The translations under genes and the position numbers were made by a program. From an uncultured Pseudobdellovibrionaceae bacterium (GTDB lineage Bacteria > Bdellovibrionota > Bdellovibrionia > Bdellovibrionales > UBA1609), in NCBI GenBank assembly GCA_963803705.1, contig CAWDNU010000003.1, positions 64,001 to 128,000 on the forward strand: 64,000 nucleotides of DNA, read 5' to 3'. Under the pieces are notes generated by a model. That model saw only the letters and a program-made list of their open reading frames with translations. It had not been told where the DNA came from and made no database searches. Of this stretch, positions 38,868 to 48,783 are shown one piece after another. Numbering within the stretch: the first letter of the stretch is position 1; each line of letters begins with the position of its first letter.

Positions 38868-40036
38868 ACGGACCTAGCTTGAAGGCAAGATTACTTTTCA
38901 ATATTTTAGATAGAACTACGAACAGTCGTTTACTAATTTCGATGCCTGATGGAGAACAACGTATGTTTGGGTCAGGTGAAAGCATAATTAACTTAGACGT
39001 AAAAAAGTGGACTGTCTTCGATTTAGTTTTAGATAAAGTTGATTTAGGTTTAGCCGAGGCTATCATCAACGGTGACTTAGCAGTTGATAACGAGGCAGCT
39101 TTGATTGAGTGGGCTTGCAGAAGTGATCAGCAGCTTCAGGAATTTTTTCAAGGATCTTTCGCTGGATTTTTTCTTGCAAAGATTAATCACTTGCTAAACA
39201 GGAACACTATTAAAACAGCTGCTAAGAACATATCTAAACACTATGATCTAGGAAACAACTTTTATAACTTATGGTTGGATTCAACCTTAACTTATTCGTC
39301 AGCAATTTTTGGGTCGCCAAACACAAGGTTAGTCGATGCTCAAAACGCCAAATATGATCGAATTATCGAAAAACTAGGGATTAAATCAACTGATCATGTC
39401 TTAGAAATTGGCTGTGGTTGGGGTGGCTTTTTTTCAAGAGCTGCTGAATTAACTGGGTGTAAAGTTACGGGTATAACGCTTTCAAACGAGCAGGCAAATT
39501 ATGCGAATAAGCTAATTACAAATAAAAAATTGCAAAACCAAGTTAACATTCAAGTGATCGATTACAGAAATACTCATCTGAAGTATGACAAAGTTGTTTC
39601 GATAGAAATGATTGAAGCCGTTGGTGCAGAATATTGGGATATTTATTTTGAAAAAATAAGCTCAAGTCTGAAAAAAAACGGCAAAGCGTTAATACAGGGT
39701 ATAACTATAAGAGATGACTTGTTCGAGGCCTATATTAAAAATACTGATTTTATTCAGCAATACATATTCCCCGGTGGCATGTTGATAACCGATAAAATTC
39801 TAGAGACCAAAGCTAATGCTTATAAAATGAAGCTAACCGACAATTTCCACTTTGGCCTAGACTACGCTAAGACTTTAAATATCTGGAGACAAAATTTTAT
39901 CAAAGAACTTTCTAAAGTTCGTGAGCAAGGTTTCGATGAAAAGTTTATTCGGATGTGGGGCCTTTACCTGTCCTACTGTGAAGGCGCATTCAGAGCAGAG
40001 CGGATCAATGTAAGCCAGTTTCTACTTGAAACTTAA
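38864..40036 (+). CDS. cfa: Cyclopropane-fatty-acyl-phospholipid synthase family methyltransferase
   Basis: NISKHYDLGN, LEIGCGWG, SIEMIEAVG, YIFPGG, YLSYCEGAF. Confidence 0.9.
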   Translation: MNGPSLKARLLFNILDRTTNSRLLISMPDGEQRMFGSGESIINLDVKKWTVFDLVLDKVDLGLAEAIINGDLAVDNEAALIEWACRSDQQLQEFFQGSFAGFFLAKINHLLNRNTIKTAAKNISKHYDLGNNFYNLWLDSTLTYSSAIFGSPNTRLVDAQNAKYDRIIEKLGIKSTDHVLEIGCGWGGFFSRAAELTGCKVTGITLSNEQANYANKLITNKKLQNQVNIQVIDYRNTHLKYDKVVSIEMIEAVGAEYWDIYFEKISSSLKKNGKALIQGITIRDDLFEAYIKNTDFIQQYIFPGGMLITDKILETKANAYKMKLTDNFHFGLDYAKTLNIWRQNFIKELSKVREQGFDEKFIRMWGLYLSYCEGAFRAERINVSQFLLET

Positions 40037-40067
40037 ATTTGTGAAAACCAGATAAAATCTGATAATT

Positions 40068-40835
40068 TTACCGATCAGATAGCAGTAAGGTTTCTTCTTT
40101 TGTTGTAAGAAAAATTTTCTTGTTAACTTCGTCTAAAGCGTTGAAAAGTTTAGATATTGGCTCAGGGCGTTTAAAATTAATTTCTATACCTCGGTCATTA
40201 ACTGTTACGACAGTTCCGTGTTCCTTATGGACTAATTGGAACAGCGAAAAATCGTTTTCAAAGGAAAATTCAAAAGTGCTACTCAAAAGTTTTTTGTTAT
40301 CATCTAAAGAGTATATAAGTTCTTTTAAATCTTGATCACTTTTGGGCAAACTTGAAGTGGCTTTGTCAAAAGAGTGTTCGAAGCACTCGTCTATTGCGCT
40401 TTGAAATTCATCAAGTTCGTCATGGCCCTGTACCTCAAGTACACCTGTGAAAACACACCTATCAAAGTCTTCTGATGACTGGGTCACGCTAAAATCATAA
40501 TTAAAAAATTTGCAATTGAAGCTTCCTGTGCCGATTTCGTAGCACGGTGTTTGGAATTCTCTAGCGGATATATTTAAATTATTCTTCGCTTTTGTCGCAA
40601 CACTTTCTACGTGTTCTTTGATGGTCTGTTCTGCCCAACCAGCGATAAGTTTGTTTTGATACTCGCTAAATTCTTTAGGAATTTTGTCCCTTCCTCCCTT
40701 AGCAAAGCCGGGTAAAGACTTAATGTCACTTATATAATTAAATGATAGAAATGTTCTGGTTGTGGTGCTCTTACTCATAATCTGTAATATAAACCATTTT
40801 AAAGAATTAGAATAGTCCCGACGGTATGTTTTCAA
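40068..40835 (-). CDS. Hypothetical protein (start probably MSKSTTT near 40778)
   Basis: Long open frame; resembles from memory a domain found C-terminal to some bacterial caspase-like proteins. Confidence 0.55.
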   Translation of the reverse strand: MKTYRRDYSNSLKWFILQIMSKSTTTRTFLSFNYISDIKSLPGFAKGGRDKIPKEFSEYQNKLIAGWAEQTIKEHVESVATKAKNNLNISAREFQTPCYEIGTGSFNCKFFNYDFSVTQSSEDFDRCVFTGVLEVQGHDELDEFQSAIDECFEHSFDKATSSLPKSDQDLKELIYSLDDNKKLLSSTFEFSFENDFSLFQLVHKEHGTVVTVNDRGIEINFKRPEPISKLFNALDEVNKKIFLTTKEETLLLSDR

Positions 40836-41409
40836 AGCATTATGGCTAAACTATGTTAGACAGATATGCAGAAACGAACCCTTACAGCTATGGTAAGGCT
40901 CGATATCCCAATATATATCATAAAGCATATAGACCCAAAAAAACGGTAAGAAAAAAAAAGCTAGTTTTTTGTAGCTTCACAAAGGTTGACGTTGTTCATT
41001 TTAAAAGCGAGCGACTAAGCAACGATTGGTCAACTTAAACTATTTATAATTTATTACCCAACTAGATTTTAAGTGTTTTGTCTAGAGGACATACAAAGAC
41101 TTTCATACCTGGAGAAAAGCTTTTTAGTCACTCTGAACTTTTTATCAGAGAAGATTGAGGACTATGAATGTCGGTACTACGAAAACGACAGCAATCATGC
41201 GCTTTTTATTTCCTACAAAACCTTTAAAAATATAAAGTAGAAATTTATTCTTAAAAATTAAAAAATACATACCAACGATTCTTTGTTACAAAAATCAATA
41301 GAGAATTAGATTTAAATCGAGCTACCAAATTAAAGACTTTGGTCTGTTTCAGAACTTATATTTTCACATTAAGATAAAAATTATAAACAACTAAAATAAA
41401 AAGGAATTT

Positions 41410-42213
41410 ATGAAAACCAATTGTAGTGTCAACCATTTTATAAAGTTCAGTCTCAGCCTCTTTTGCATAGCCAGTTTAACTATGCTTTCTAACTGCTCTG
41501 ATAGTGACAGCAAATCATCGTCATCTGGAATTGGAGATTCTTTTGAGGGCACCCTAACTGGACCCACAGCGCTAACTCCTGAGGTAAATAAAAATACCAT
41601 CAAGATCAATTGGGAAATACCAGTGCATGATACACTTCCAGAAGACGAACTTGATTTTTATGTTTATCTTTCTACAGAAAATAATATGACAAGCTTATCT
41701 GACACTATTTCGAACGGTCGTTTAGTAACTTCGAATTCTGAAACCACCTTTGGAACAGTCCGTGGATTAGTCAACTCTACGACCTATTATATCACTGTTG
41801 TTGTATATAATAATAATACTGACGAGCCTATAGCTGCATTTAAGCCGGCTTCGATAGTTACTGGCATTGGACCAGTTTTGACCTCATTAATGGTTTCCCC
41901 AGGTACACCTGTGGCTATCGGATCTAGCCTTACTAGTAATATTTGGTCCGGAAACGGTGCTGGTGCAGGACCAGTATTAGCCTTATCATCATCTGAGGGA
42001 GCAAATCCATGTGGCCTACCACGTGAAGAAAGCGAGTCTAATATAGCTGTGAACTATGGATCTGCCGGTCAAACTGACACTGGTTGGAACCCAGGGGGTT
42101 CTGCTGATTTATCTGCTGAACTTGGCAGATGTGTGGCCATTTGCAATACTACTTATGGCACCCTCTCTTCAATTTGTACCAACCATGTCGAAGCTACTGC
42201 AGGATCTAGGTAA
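41410..42213 (+). CDS. Lipoprotein with fibronectin type III-like domain
   Basis: LSNC lipobox; INWE..YVY..VRGLVNSTTYYITVVVY. Confidence 0.7.
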   Translation: MKTNCSVNHFIKFSLSLFCIASLTMLSNCSDSDSKSSSSGIGDSFEGTLTGPTALTPEVNKNTIKINWEIPVHDTLPEDELDFYVYLSTENNMTSLSDTISNGRLVTSNSETTFGTVRGLVNSTTYYITVVVYNNNTDEPIAAFKPASIVTGIGPVLTSLMVSPGTPVAIGSSLTSNIWSGNGAGAGPVLALSSSEGANPCGLPREESESNIAVNYGSAGQTDTGWNPGGSADLSAELGRCVAICNTTYGTLSSICTNHVEATAGSR

Positions 42214-42246
42214 TTCACTATTGGACTTTTGATTATAAATTTATAC

Positions 42247-42274
42247 AAAAAGCTAGGATTCACCCTGGCTTTTT
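42247..42274. terminator. Rho-independent terminator-like hairpin
   Basis: AAAAAGCTAGG-ATTCAC-CCTGGCTTTTT. Confidence 0.5.
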
Positions 42275-42455
42275 ACTACTGGTATTAGTCGAAGATCCGG
42301 AATCTAAAATTTTTTTTGTGTTTTCACTTACCTTTTAATTTGTTAATCTTTTTATTAAAATAAATAAAAGATATACTATCTAGAATACGACACTTATTAA
42401 ATATTTTTAGTTTAAATAATCTGTCAGTACTTCTAGTTCTCTATGGTGGTAAATT

Positions 42456-43058
42456 ATGTATTGTAATTCATTTAAAATGGGAACTCTTAGTTGTATTATT
42501 ATTAGCACACTATGCGGTTTCCAAGCTTGGGGACAAGCAAAATGGACAGTGCCATTAAGCTTTTCTCTTGGTATAGGAACTTTGCAAAGTTCAGAGCTTA
42601 ATCTTGATTCTCGAACCATGAGTGCAGTATCAATCGAGGCATTACCTTCATACAATTTTGGAGTTTTTGATTTGGGAGTTCACTTTGACTACCGTGATCA
42701 AGGTCAAGTCTCAGGTTTGGAAAGCGCTGGTGGCACCAATCTTAAGGGCCGGGGCTTATTATTCGGAGTGGGGGCAAGATTTAAACTGACTGAAAGGCTA
42801 ATCGGCCAAGCTAGTTTTGATTTTGTGGGCCATTACGATCTACTGCGTGATACAGCTTCAGGACAGGACGACGAATTAAGATCGCCCTTAGGACTTAGAC
42901 TTAAAGGCAGTTATTTAGCATTTAAGCGATTCGATAATTTAACTCTTGACATGGACCTTCAATATTTACAGTTTCAAAAGATAAGAATATCTGGAGCTGA
43001 CAAAAATGCTGCAACAAATCAGATTATGTTTAGCTTAGGAATAAGTTATATTCTTTAA
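42456..43058 (+). CDS. Outer-membrane beta-barrel protein
   Basis: Signal peptide, alternating amphipathic strands, C-terminal LGISYIL. Confidence 0.7.
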   Translation: MYCNSFKMGTLSCIIISTLCGFQAWGQAKWTVPLSFSLGIGTLQSSELNLDSRTMSAVSIEALPSYNFGVFDLGVHFDYRDQGQVSGLESAGGTNLKGRGLLFGVGARFKLTERLIGQASFDFVGHYDLLRDTASGQDDELRSPLGLRLKGSYLAFKRFDNLTLDMDLQYLQFQKIRISGADKNAATNQIMFSLGISYIL

Positions 43059-43084
43059 TCCAAGTTATTTTTTAGAACCAAGCT

Positions 43085-44305
43085 ATGAGGTGGCAACACA
43101 TGAAACTAACGACTGTAACTATAATTTCGTCCTTTTGCATAATAGGTTTTTTAGGTTGTGGAATTAACAATGGACCATCACTTTTAGATTCTTCAACCAT
43201 CGCTACCAAACCACTAGTTTTTTCTAATGGACAAGACGCTTCAGTTGTAATTGGGCAAAACACCTTCGTAACCGACAGTTCTGGCACATCTGCAACTAAA
43301 CTTAATTATCCCTGGGGCAACCCAGATGTGCATGACGGTGTGCTTTACATCATGGACTACTTCAATCGACGAGTGCTTGGATACAATACTATTCCAACTT
43401 CAAATGGGGCCGCAGCAGACTTTGTTATAGGCCAAGCAGATTTTAATTCTAGAGTTGCTACTACTTCAGCAACTGGACTTTTTGACCCATGGGCATTGTC
43501 TATCGGTGGTGAGACTCTTGCCATAGCCGATACCAGTAACAATCGAGTTTTATTCTATATTCCTGTACCGAGTTCATCTTCGCCGTCTGCAAATGTAGTT
43601 TTGGGCCAAAATGATTTTAGTTCTTCTAGTTTTAGTTGTTCATCAACTGGCCTTAGTTCTCCAAGCGCTGTAAAATTAGTAGGTAACAGGGTACTTGTAG
43701 CTGACTACCAGAATCATCGTATTTTAATTTGGAATACAGTTCCCACTAATAATTTGGCCCCAGCGGATTTGGTTCTGGGTCAGCCAAACTTTGATACTTG
43801 TGGCGTTAACGAAGGGGGCTTGAGCTCAAGATCTCTTCAATCCCCAGGTGATGTCTGGTCGGATGGTGAAAAGGTAATCGTTGCTGACAGTTCCAATCAC
43901 AGATTATTAATTTGGACGAGTTTTCCGACTACTAACTACCAGCCCGCAGACCTTGTTCTGGGCCAAACTGATTTTGTATCTAATATTGCAAACAAAGGGG
44001 GCGCGATTTCAGCATCAGGATTTGATTCGGGTTCCGATCAATGGAGTAGTGTGTCCAGCAACGGAATACAAATTTTTTATTCCGACTATGGTAACAATCG
44101 TATCCTTGTGTGGAACAGTTATCCTGATAGCAATGGATTAGACGCCGACATCGTATTGGGTCAAAGTAATTTTATATCGGGTGGGGCATTAAATCCCCCG
44201 TCGGCATCATCACTGAACGGGGTTGGAGGCATATCTGTTCACCAAAGCCAGTTTTTCATAACTGACTATGGCAACAATCGTATACTTATCTTCGATAGCA
44301 ATTAA
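43085..44305 (+). CDS. NHL-repeat beta-propeller lipoprotein
   Basis: FLGC lipobox; repeated AD-x-x-N-x-R-(I/V)L-x-W...ADLVLGQ-x-(D/N)F units. Confidence 0.85.
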   Translation: MRWQHMKLTTVTIISSFCIIGFLGCGINNGPSLLDSSTIATKPLVFSNGQDASVVIGQNTFVTDSSGTSATKLNYPWGNPDVHDGVLYIMDYFNRRVLGYNTIPTSNGAAADFVIGQADFNSRVATTSATGLFDPWALSIGGETLAIADTSNNRVLFYIPVPSSSSPSANVVLGQNDFSSSSFSCSSTGLSSPSAVKLVGNRVLVADYQNHRILIWNTVPTNNLAPADLVLGQPNFDTCGVNEGGLSSRSLQSPGDVWSDGEKVIVADSSNHRLLIWTSFPTTNYQPADLVLGQTDFVSNIANKGGAISASGFDSGSDQWSSVSSNGIQIFYSDYGNNRILVWNSYPDSNGLDADIVLGQSNFISGGALNPPSASSLNGVGGISVHQSQFFITDYGNNRILIFDSN

Positions 44306-44410
44306 AATAAATAGTTACAACTTTGTTCGTATGCATCGCTCGTGAAATCATTTGGAAAGTACGATATTAACATAAACTGGAATTCCCCAAAAAAAGTGGA
44401 CAGTTTTCTC

Positions 44411-45274
44411 TTAAGCAGAAGTTGTTGCTAATTTAAACTGCCTAGGGCTTTTATAACCCAAAGAGCTATGTCTTCTTTTAGTATTGTACCAAGTCTCAAT
44501 ATATTCAAATACAATTTTTCTAAGTTGCTGTTCGGTGCCATATTTTTTTCTGTAAACACATTCCTTTTTTAAACTTGCAAAAAAACTTCCAACAAAAGCG
44601 TTGTCATAACAATTTCCTTTCCTGGACATGCTTGGCAACACTTCGTTTTCTTCAATTAAATCTCTAAATGCACGACTTGCATACTGCACTCCGCGATCTG
44701 AATGAAAAATTATTTTTGTTTTCTTATCCCAATTTAAAAAAGAAGCCTTTAAAGCATCAATCACAAGGTCTGACTTCATATGATCTTTCATGGACCAGCC
44801 AACCACTTCGCGGTTATAAAGATCTATCACCACGGCTAAGAAGTAGTGCTTAGTTCCTAATTTTAAATACGTGATATCGCCTGCTAGGACTTCATATGGC
44901 CCTCTTGGCATTGTGCCCAATACTTCTGTTTTAAATTCCCTTTTTGCAATTGGATAATTGTGATTTGAATCTGTTGTTTTCACTCTAAATTTTTTCTTTA
45001 GTCTCGCATCAAGACTCATTTCACTCATTTAAGTTGCAACTGTGTTTTCACTGACTAAAATTCCTTTTTCTTTTAGTTCCATGTAAATTCGTGGAGAACC
45101 ATAAGTAGATTTGCTTTTTTCAAATATTTCTTTAATTTCCCCTTGAATATTTGATTTTGTAATTAAGCTTTTTGGTCTTTCGGAACTAAGCCAGTTATAA
45201 AAACCACTCCTTGAAACTTCAAAGTATTTAGCTAAAAAACAAACTGGAATATTGGGCCTTAAACTTTGAATCAT
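44411..45274 (-). pseudogene. IS3 OrfB DDE transposase with in-frame TAA at 45029-45031
   Basis: YGSPRI, GDITY, HSDRGVQY, CYDNAFVGSFFASLKKE; two in-frame ORFs abut across a single stop; the usual third DDE Glu (DNAxxE) also reads G. Confidence 0.9.
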
Positions 45275-45579
45275 TTCGAATCTCCAAGATGGTCTTTGGA
45301 AAAGATCGCAGTGCTTTTTTTTAGAACATCATTAATCTGTTTGATGTAACCAATCTCTTTTTTTAATTTACGATTTTCTGCTTCAAGTTCTGCATAGCTT
45401 CTCTTTTCTTGATTAGACTTAAACTTTCCATCTTTTAAAGCTGCTCGCCATTTGTTGATTGTTGAAAAACCTATACCTAATTGCTTTGCAGCTTCCTTGC
45501 AGCCAATATCTTCACTTAACTCTACAGCTTCAGCCCTAAATTCATCACTGTACTTCTTGCCTCTTTTTTCTTGTCCCAC
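45271..45579 (-). CDS. IS3 OrfA
   Basis: YSDEFRAEAV..AAKQLGI..W HTH + leucine zipper; A8 slippery run near 45315-45322; orfB in the -1 frame. Confidence 0.9.
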   Translation of the reverse strand: MGQEKRGKKYSDEFRAEAVELSEDIGCKEAAKQLGIGFSTINKWRAALKDGKFKSNQEKRSYAELEAENRKLKKEIGYIKQINDVLKKSTAIFSKDHLGDSK

Positions 45580-45764
45580 AGGTTTTCTCCTCTTTTAGGG
45601 GTTACCTGCTCAAGAGATTTGTGTCCACTAATTTTGGGGAGGTTCAGAGCCTTTCTAGAATTTAAATAATAATTCTCAAAACTGTAAACTATTCCTCAAT
45701 CATTGGGTAACAAGCTATTTCAAAAAAAATTTTAACACTTAGTTTTCTCGACGGGAAGCTGATT

Positions 45765-45801
45765 AAAGGTTCGCTACTAAGTAGTGGACCTTTTTTATTT
45801 T
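45765..45801 (+). terminator. Terminator-like hairpin
   Basis: AAAGGTTCGCTAC-TAA-GTAGTGGACCTTT followed by a T run. Confidence 0.5.
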
Positions 45802-46102
45802 CGCATCAAACATACCGACTAATCTAAAATCTCGCCAACCCTGCAAAAATGACATTTTTTGGCTCTTCTCACAAAGCTTGTACATTTTAGTCATTAAAAT
45901 CCATTTACAGCCTTTCTGCCCAGAATTCTCCGTAGACCTCGTATTTTCGAGAAAGAGCTCCTAGAGGCTCATTTAATGGATCTGAGAACACGTGGAGACT
46001 TTCATTATAGAGATTGGGTTTTAACTTAATAGTCTAATAAAATTATTTAGATAATTCACATTATTACAAATTAAAGAAAGAATTAAAAAGTATTTCAGAA
46101 CT

Positions 46103-46456
46103 ATGCTACTTGAATCAAAAGGAGATTTTAATATGAGATTGATTCTAGCAATATTAATATTTGTGTCTGTGAATGCATCAGCAGCAGTTTTCCAAGGTAA
46201 TACAAATCAATTAAAGGTTGATTTAGTAGAGCTCAGATTGCCAGATATCGCAGATGGAGCAAATTACATAATTAAGGTTACATTTGAAGGGCAAACTCTT
46301 CTTGAAGAAAGATATAAAACCGCAGATGAGCCAAGAGAAATTTATAATAGATATTTTCAAGCTCAGATTGAAAATGTAGATATTTATTTTGATACAGACA
46401 AAGATTTGCTTGAAGGCTTCAAAGTAGTGACTAGAAACTTTACGTGCCCACAGTAG
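46103..46456 (+). CDS. Secreted hypothetical protein (likely start 46133)
   Basis: AGGAG RBS; MRLILAIL..ASA signal peptide. Confidence 0.65.
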   Translation: MLLESKGDFNMRLILAILIFVSVNASAAVFQGNTNQLKVDLVELRLPDIADGANYIIKVTFEGQTLLEERYKTADEPREIYNRYFQAQIENVDIYFDTDKDLLEGFKVVTRNFTCPQ

Positions 46457-46562
46457 ACTCTTGTTAGAAATAAAAGTCTTCGTTAATCTATAGAGCCTTT
46501 GGATACAAATTCCAAAGGCTTCAGTTTTTTCTAAACAATAATAACATCCTAAACTACAATGC

Positions 46563-47006
46563 TTAAGCTGCATCATCGTGCTGACCTGGTTGATTAGGTT
46601 TAACAACTGACTTAATCATTATTTTTGAAAGATTGGCTAGGCCTCGATCTCTTATGTCCCTTGCTGATGAGAAGTTTATACCAAGTAGACCAGCCACTTC
46701 TCTTAGAGATTTTGATTCCCAATAAATTAAGTTTAGCACATTTCTCTGCTTGTCAGTTAATGCGTCCATCATCAGAGCAATAACTCTATTTAGCTTGGGT
46801 GAATAATTTGTCCCCATCAAGTTTGCGACTCCTTCCCTAAAGGTTTCTTCTGACATAGCTTCAACCAGGTTTGGGTTGTCCAATATTAACTCTGTTTGTG
46901 GCGACTCTAATGTTTCAAGGTATTCTTCCCACTGTATAGCTGACCATTCACTTTTTGATTCCATTTCCCACTCCCTTTGTTTTTTCAAGCCAGTAGCGGC
47001 TTTCAT
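46563..47006 (-). CDS. Sigma70 region-4-like HTH protein (likely start 46964)
   Basis: LTDKQRNVLNLIYWESKSLREVAGLLGI..RDRGLANL; no region 2 visible. Confidence 0.75.
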   Translation of the reverse strand: MKAATGLKKQREWEMESKSEWSAIQWEEYLETLESPQTELILDNPNLVEAMSEETFREGVANLMGTNYSPKLNRVIALMMDALTDKQRNVLNLIYWESKSLREVAGLLGINFSSARDIRDRGLANLSKIMIKSVVKPNQPGQHDDAA

Positions 47007-47016
47007 GGATTCTTAT

Positions 47017-47153
47017 TGCTAGGCTTGTACCAAGTTTGGGAATTTTAATAAGTGTTTGAATTGGTTGGGAAAATTGTTGTGATTGAAATTATTACTTGGT
47101 TTTTCAGTTTACGATTTTCTTATTAATAGTAAGAAAATTCTTACAAATAAGAA
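47017..47153 (-). promoter_or_regulatory. Sigma54 promoter with IHF-like site and tandem palindromic enhancer sites
   Basis: TGGTACAAGCCTAGCA (47017-47032, minus); AATTCAAACACTTA near 47049-47062 (minus); TTTTCTTA-N7-TAAGAAAA and TTCTTA-N4-TAAGAA at 47114-47153. Confidence 0.55.
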
Positions 47154-47234
47154 AAATAACATTGAGATTGCTTGCTTGATACGCAATAAATAAACCAAGT
47201 TTACGGCGACTGTAAGCCAAAGTGGGAGAAGGTT

Positions 47235-48774
47235 TTGAGGATTCCAAAAGATTATAAAGTTTCAATATTAATAATTGATGATCTTGAAATGGATCAGGCG
47301 GCTGCCGTTCAAGAAATTAAAGGTTATTTTTCAGAGCTTTCAACATCCAATATCTCCATTAAGACAGCTTCTACTATTGAAGATGGTCTTGAGCTTTTAA
47401 ATGCAGAAGACTTTCAAGCTGTAATCTTAGATCACGAGCTTGGAACTGATTTTTTCTCACAAACAATATATGGAACAGATTACATACAGGATATTTTAGA
47501 AATTCAGCCAAGCACTAGAGTTATTGTAAGCACCAGCCATGATTCAAGTGAACTTAGCCAAGAAGTTATTAAAAATGGAGCTCAGCACTTTATTACCAAA
47601 GGAACAGCTCAACAAAAAAGAGAACACCGTAAAAAAGTTATTTTAAGCGTTCTTAAGCAAGCAAGGTTTGAAATTGAAATGAGTAGAAGAAACTCTATTA
47701 TTTCAAACCAAGTTCACCCCAATGAGTTTAAATATTTATCTAGTGCTATGAAGACTTTAGATATGAAGCTTGAGCGTCTTGCAGAAGTCTCATCTCATGT
47801 TCTGTTTTTAGGTGAACCTGGATCAGGAAAAAGCCATACAGCAAAAAAGCTTTGTTATTTAAGAGAAAAGTTTCTTGGAGAAACTAACAGACCCTTTAAG
47901 TACTGTAATATCAATGAAACCCCTAACAACTTGATTCATTCTCATATTTTTGGTCATGAAAAAGGTGCTTTTACTGGAGCAGACAAGCGCCATATAGGTT
48001 TTCTTGAACAAGCATCAACAGGCTGTTTAATGCTTGATGAAATTGGCGATGCCTCTTTAGAGCTTCAAGGAGCTCTACTAAATGTTATTCAAGAGCGTGA
48101 GTTTCAGCGTCTGGGTAGTGATAAAGTTTTAAAAACAAATGCTAGGTTTATTTTTGCAACAAATAAAGATCTTAAAAAATTGATTAAAGAAGGAAAATTT
48201 AGAAAAGACTTTTATGACCGCATTTGTGCCATACAAATTAAAATGCCAAGTCTTCATGAAAGAAAAGCTGATATTCCCTATATCTGTCAAAATATTACTG
48301 ATCGCCTTAAGAAAGATCAAAACAAGAATATCTCATACAATGATTTTCCAGATGATTTAAAACACTTTCTGACTCACTCAAAAATTGATGGAAACATCAG
48401 AGGGATGCAAAATATTTTGATCCGCATAGTTTCTTTTTGTGATCCTCTTAAAAATGGCAAGCTTGATTACTCAAAATGGAAAAAGCTAGTTGAAGACATT
48501 GACGTTGAGCCAATGGCTGAAACCTCAACTCAAACAGGCTTCAGATCAGATAGATGCGGACTGGTTAATTGATAACGTTGCTAATCAGTTTATTGAAGAT
48601 CAATTTGGAAAAGAAGGCTGGACTGACATTAAAGCCTTAAAAAATAACCTTGAACAAAAAATTATTGAAAAAGCTATTAAGAAAATTGATGACAAAAATG
48701 AAGTGGCAAAAATTCTAGGAAGATCAGTCTCTTCAGTTTATAGAATTTCAAAAAAGTATGAAGCGAATAACTAG
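47235..48774 (+). pseudogene. NtrC-family sigma54-dependent response regulator, frameshifted before the Fis HTH
   Basis: REC (IIDD, ILDH), GEPGSGKS, GAFTGA, LDEIG; Fis-type HTH (KNEVAKILGRSVSSVYR) in another frame from about 48530. Confidence 0.85.
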
Positions 48775-48783
48775 GTGATGTGT

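Larger units (their letters stand above)
44378..45646 (-). mobile_element. IS3-family insertion sequence (1269 bp), inactivated
   Basis: Terminal IRs TGGAATTCCCCAAAAAAAGTGGACA / TGAACCTCCCCAAAATTAGTGGACA; orfA+orfB; no target duplication. Confidence 0.92.

Noticed and set aside
36860..40036. Amine oxidase-DUF1365-cfa cluster as a novel system
   Set aside because: Well-known conserved lipid-modification cluster
40853..41038. 61-aa ORF
   Set aside because: No RBS or motif; uncertain coding status
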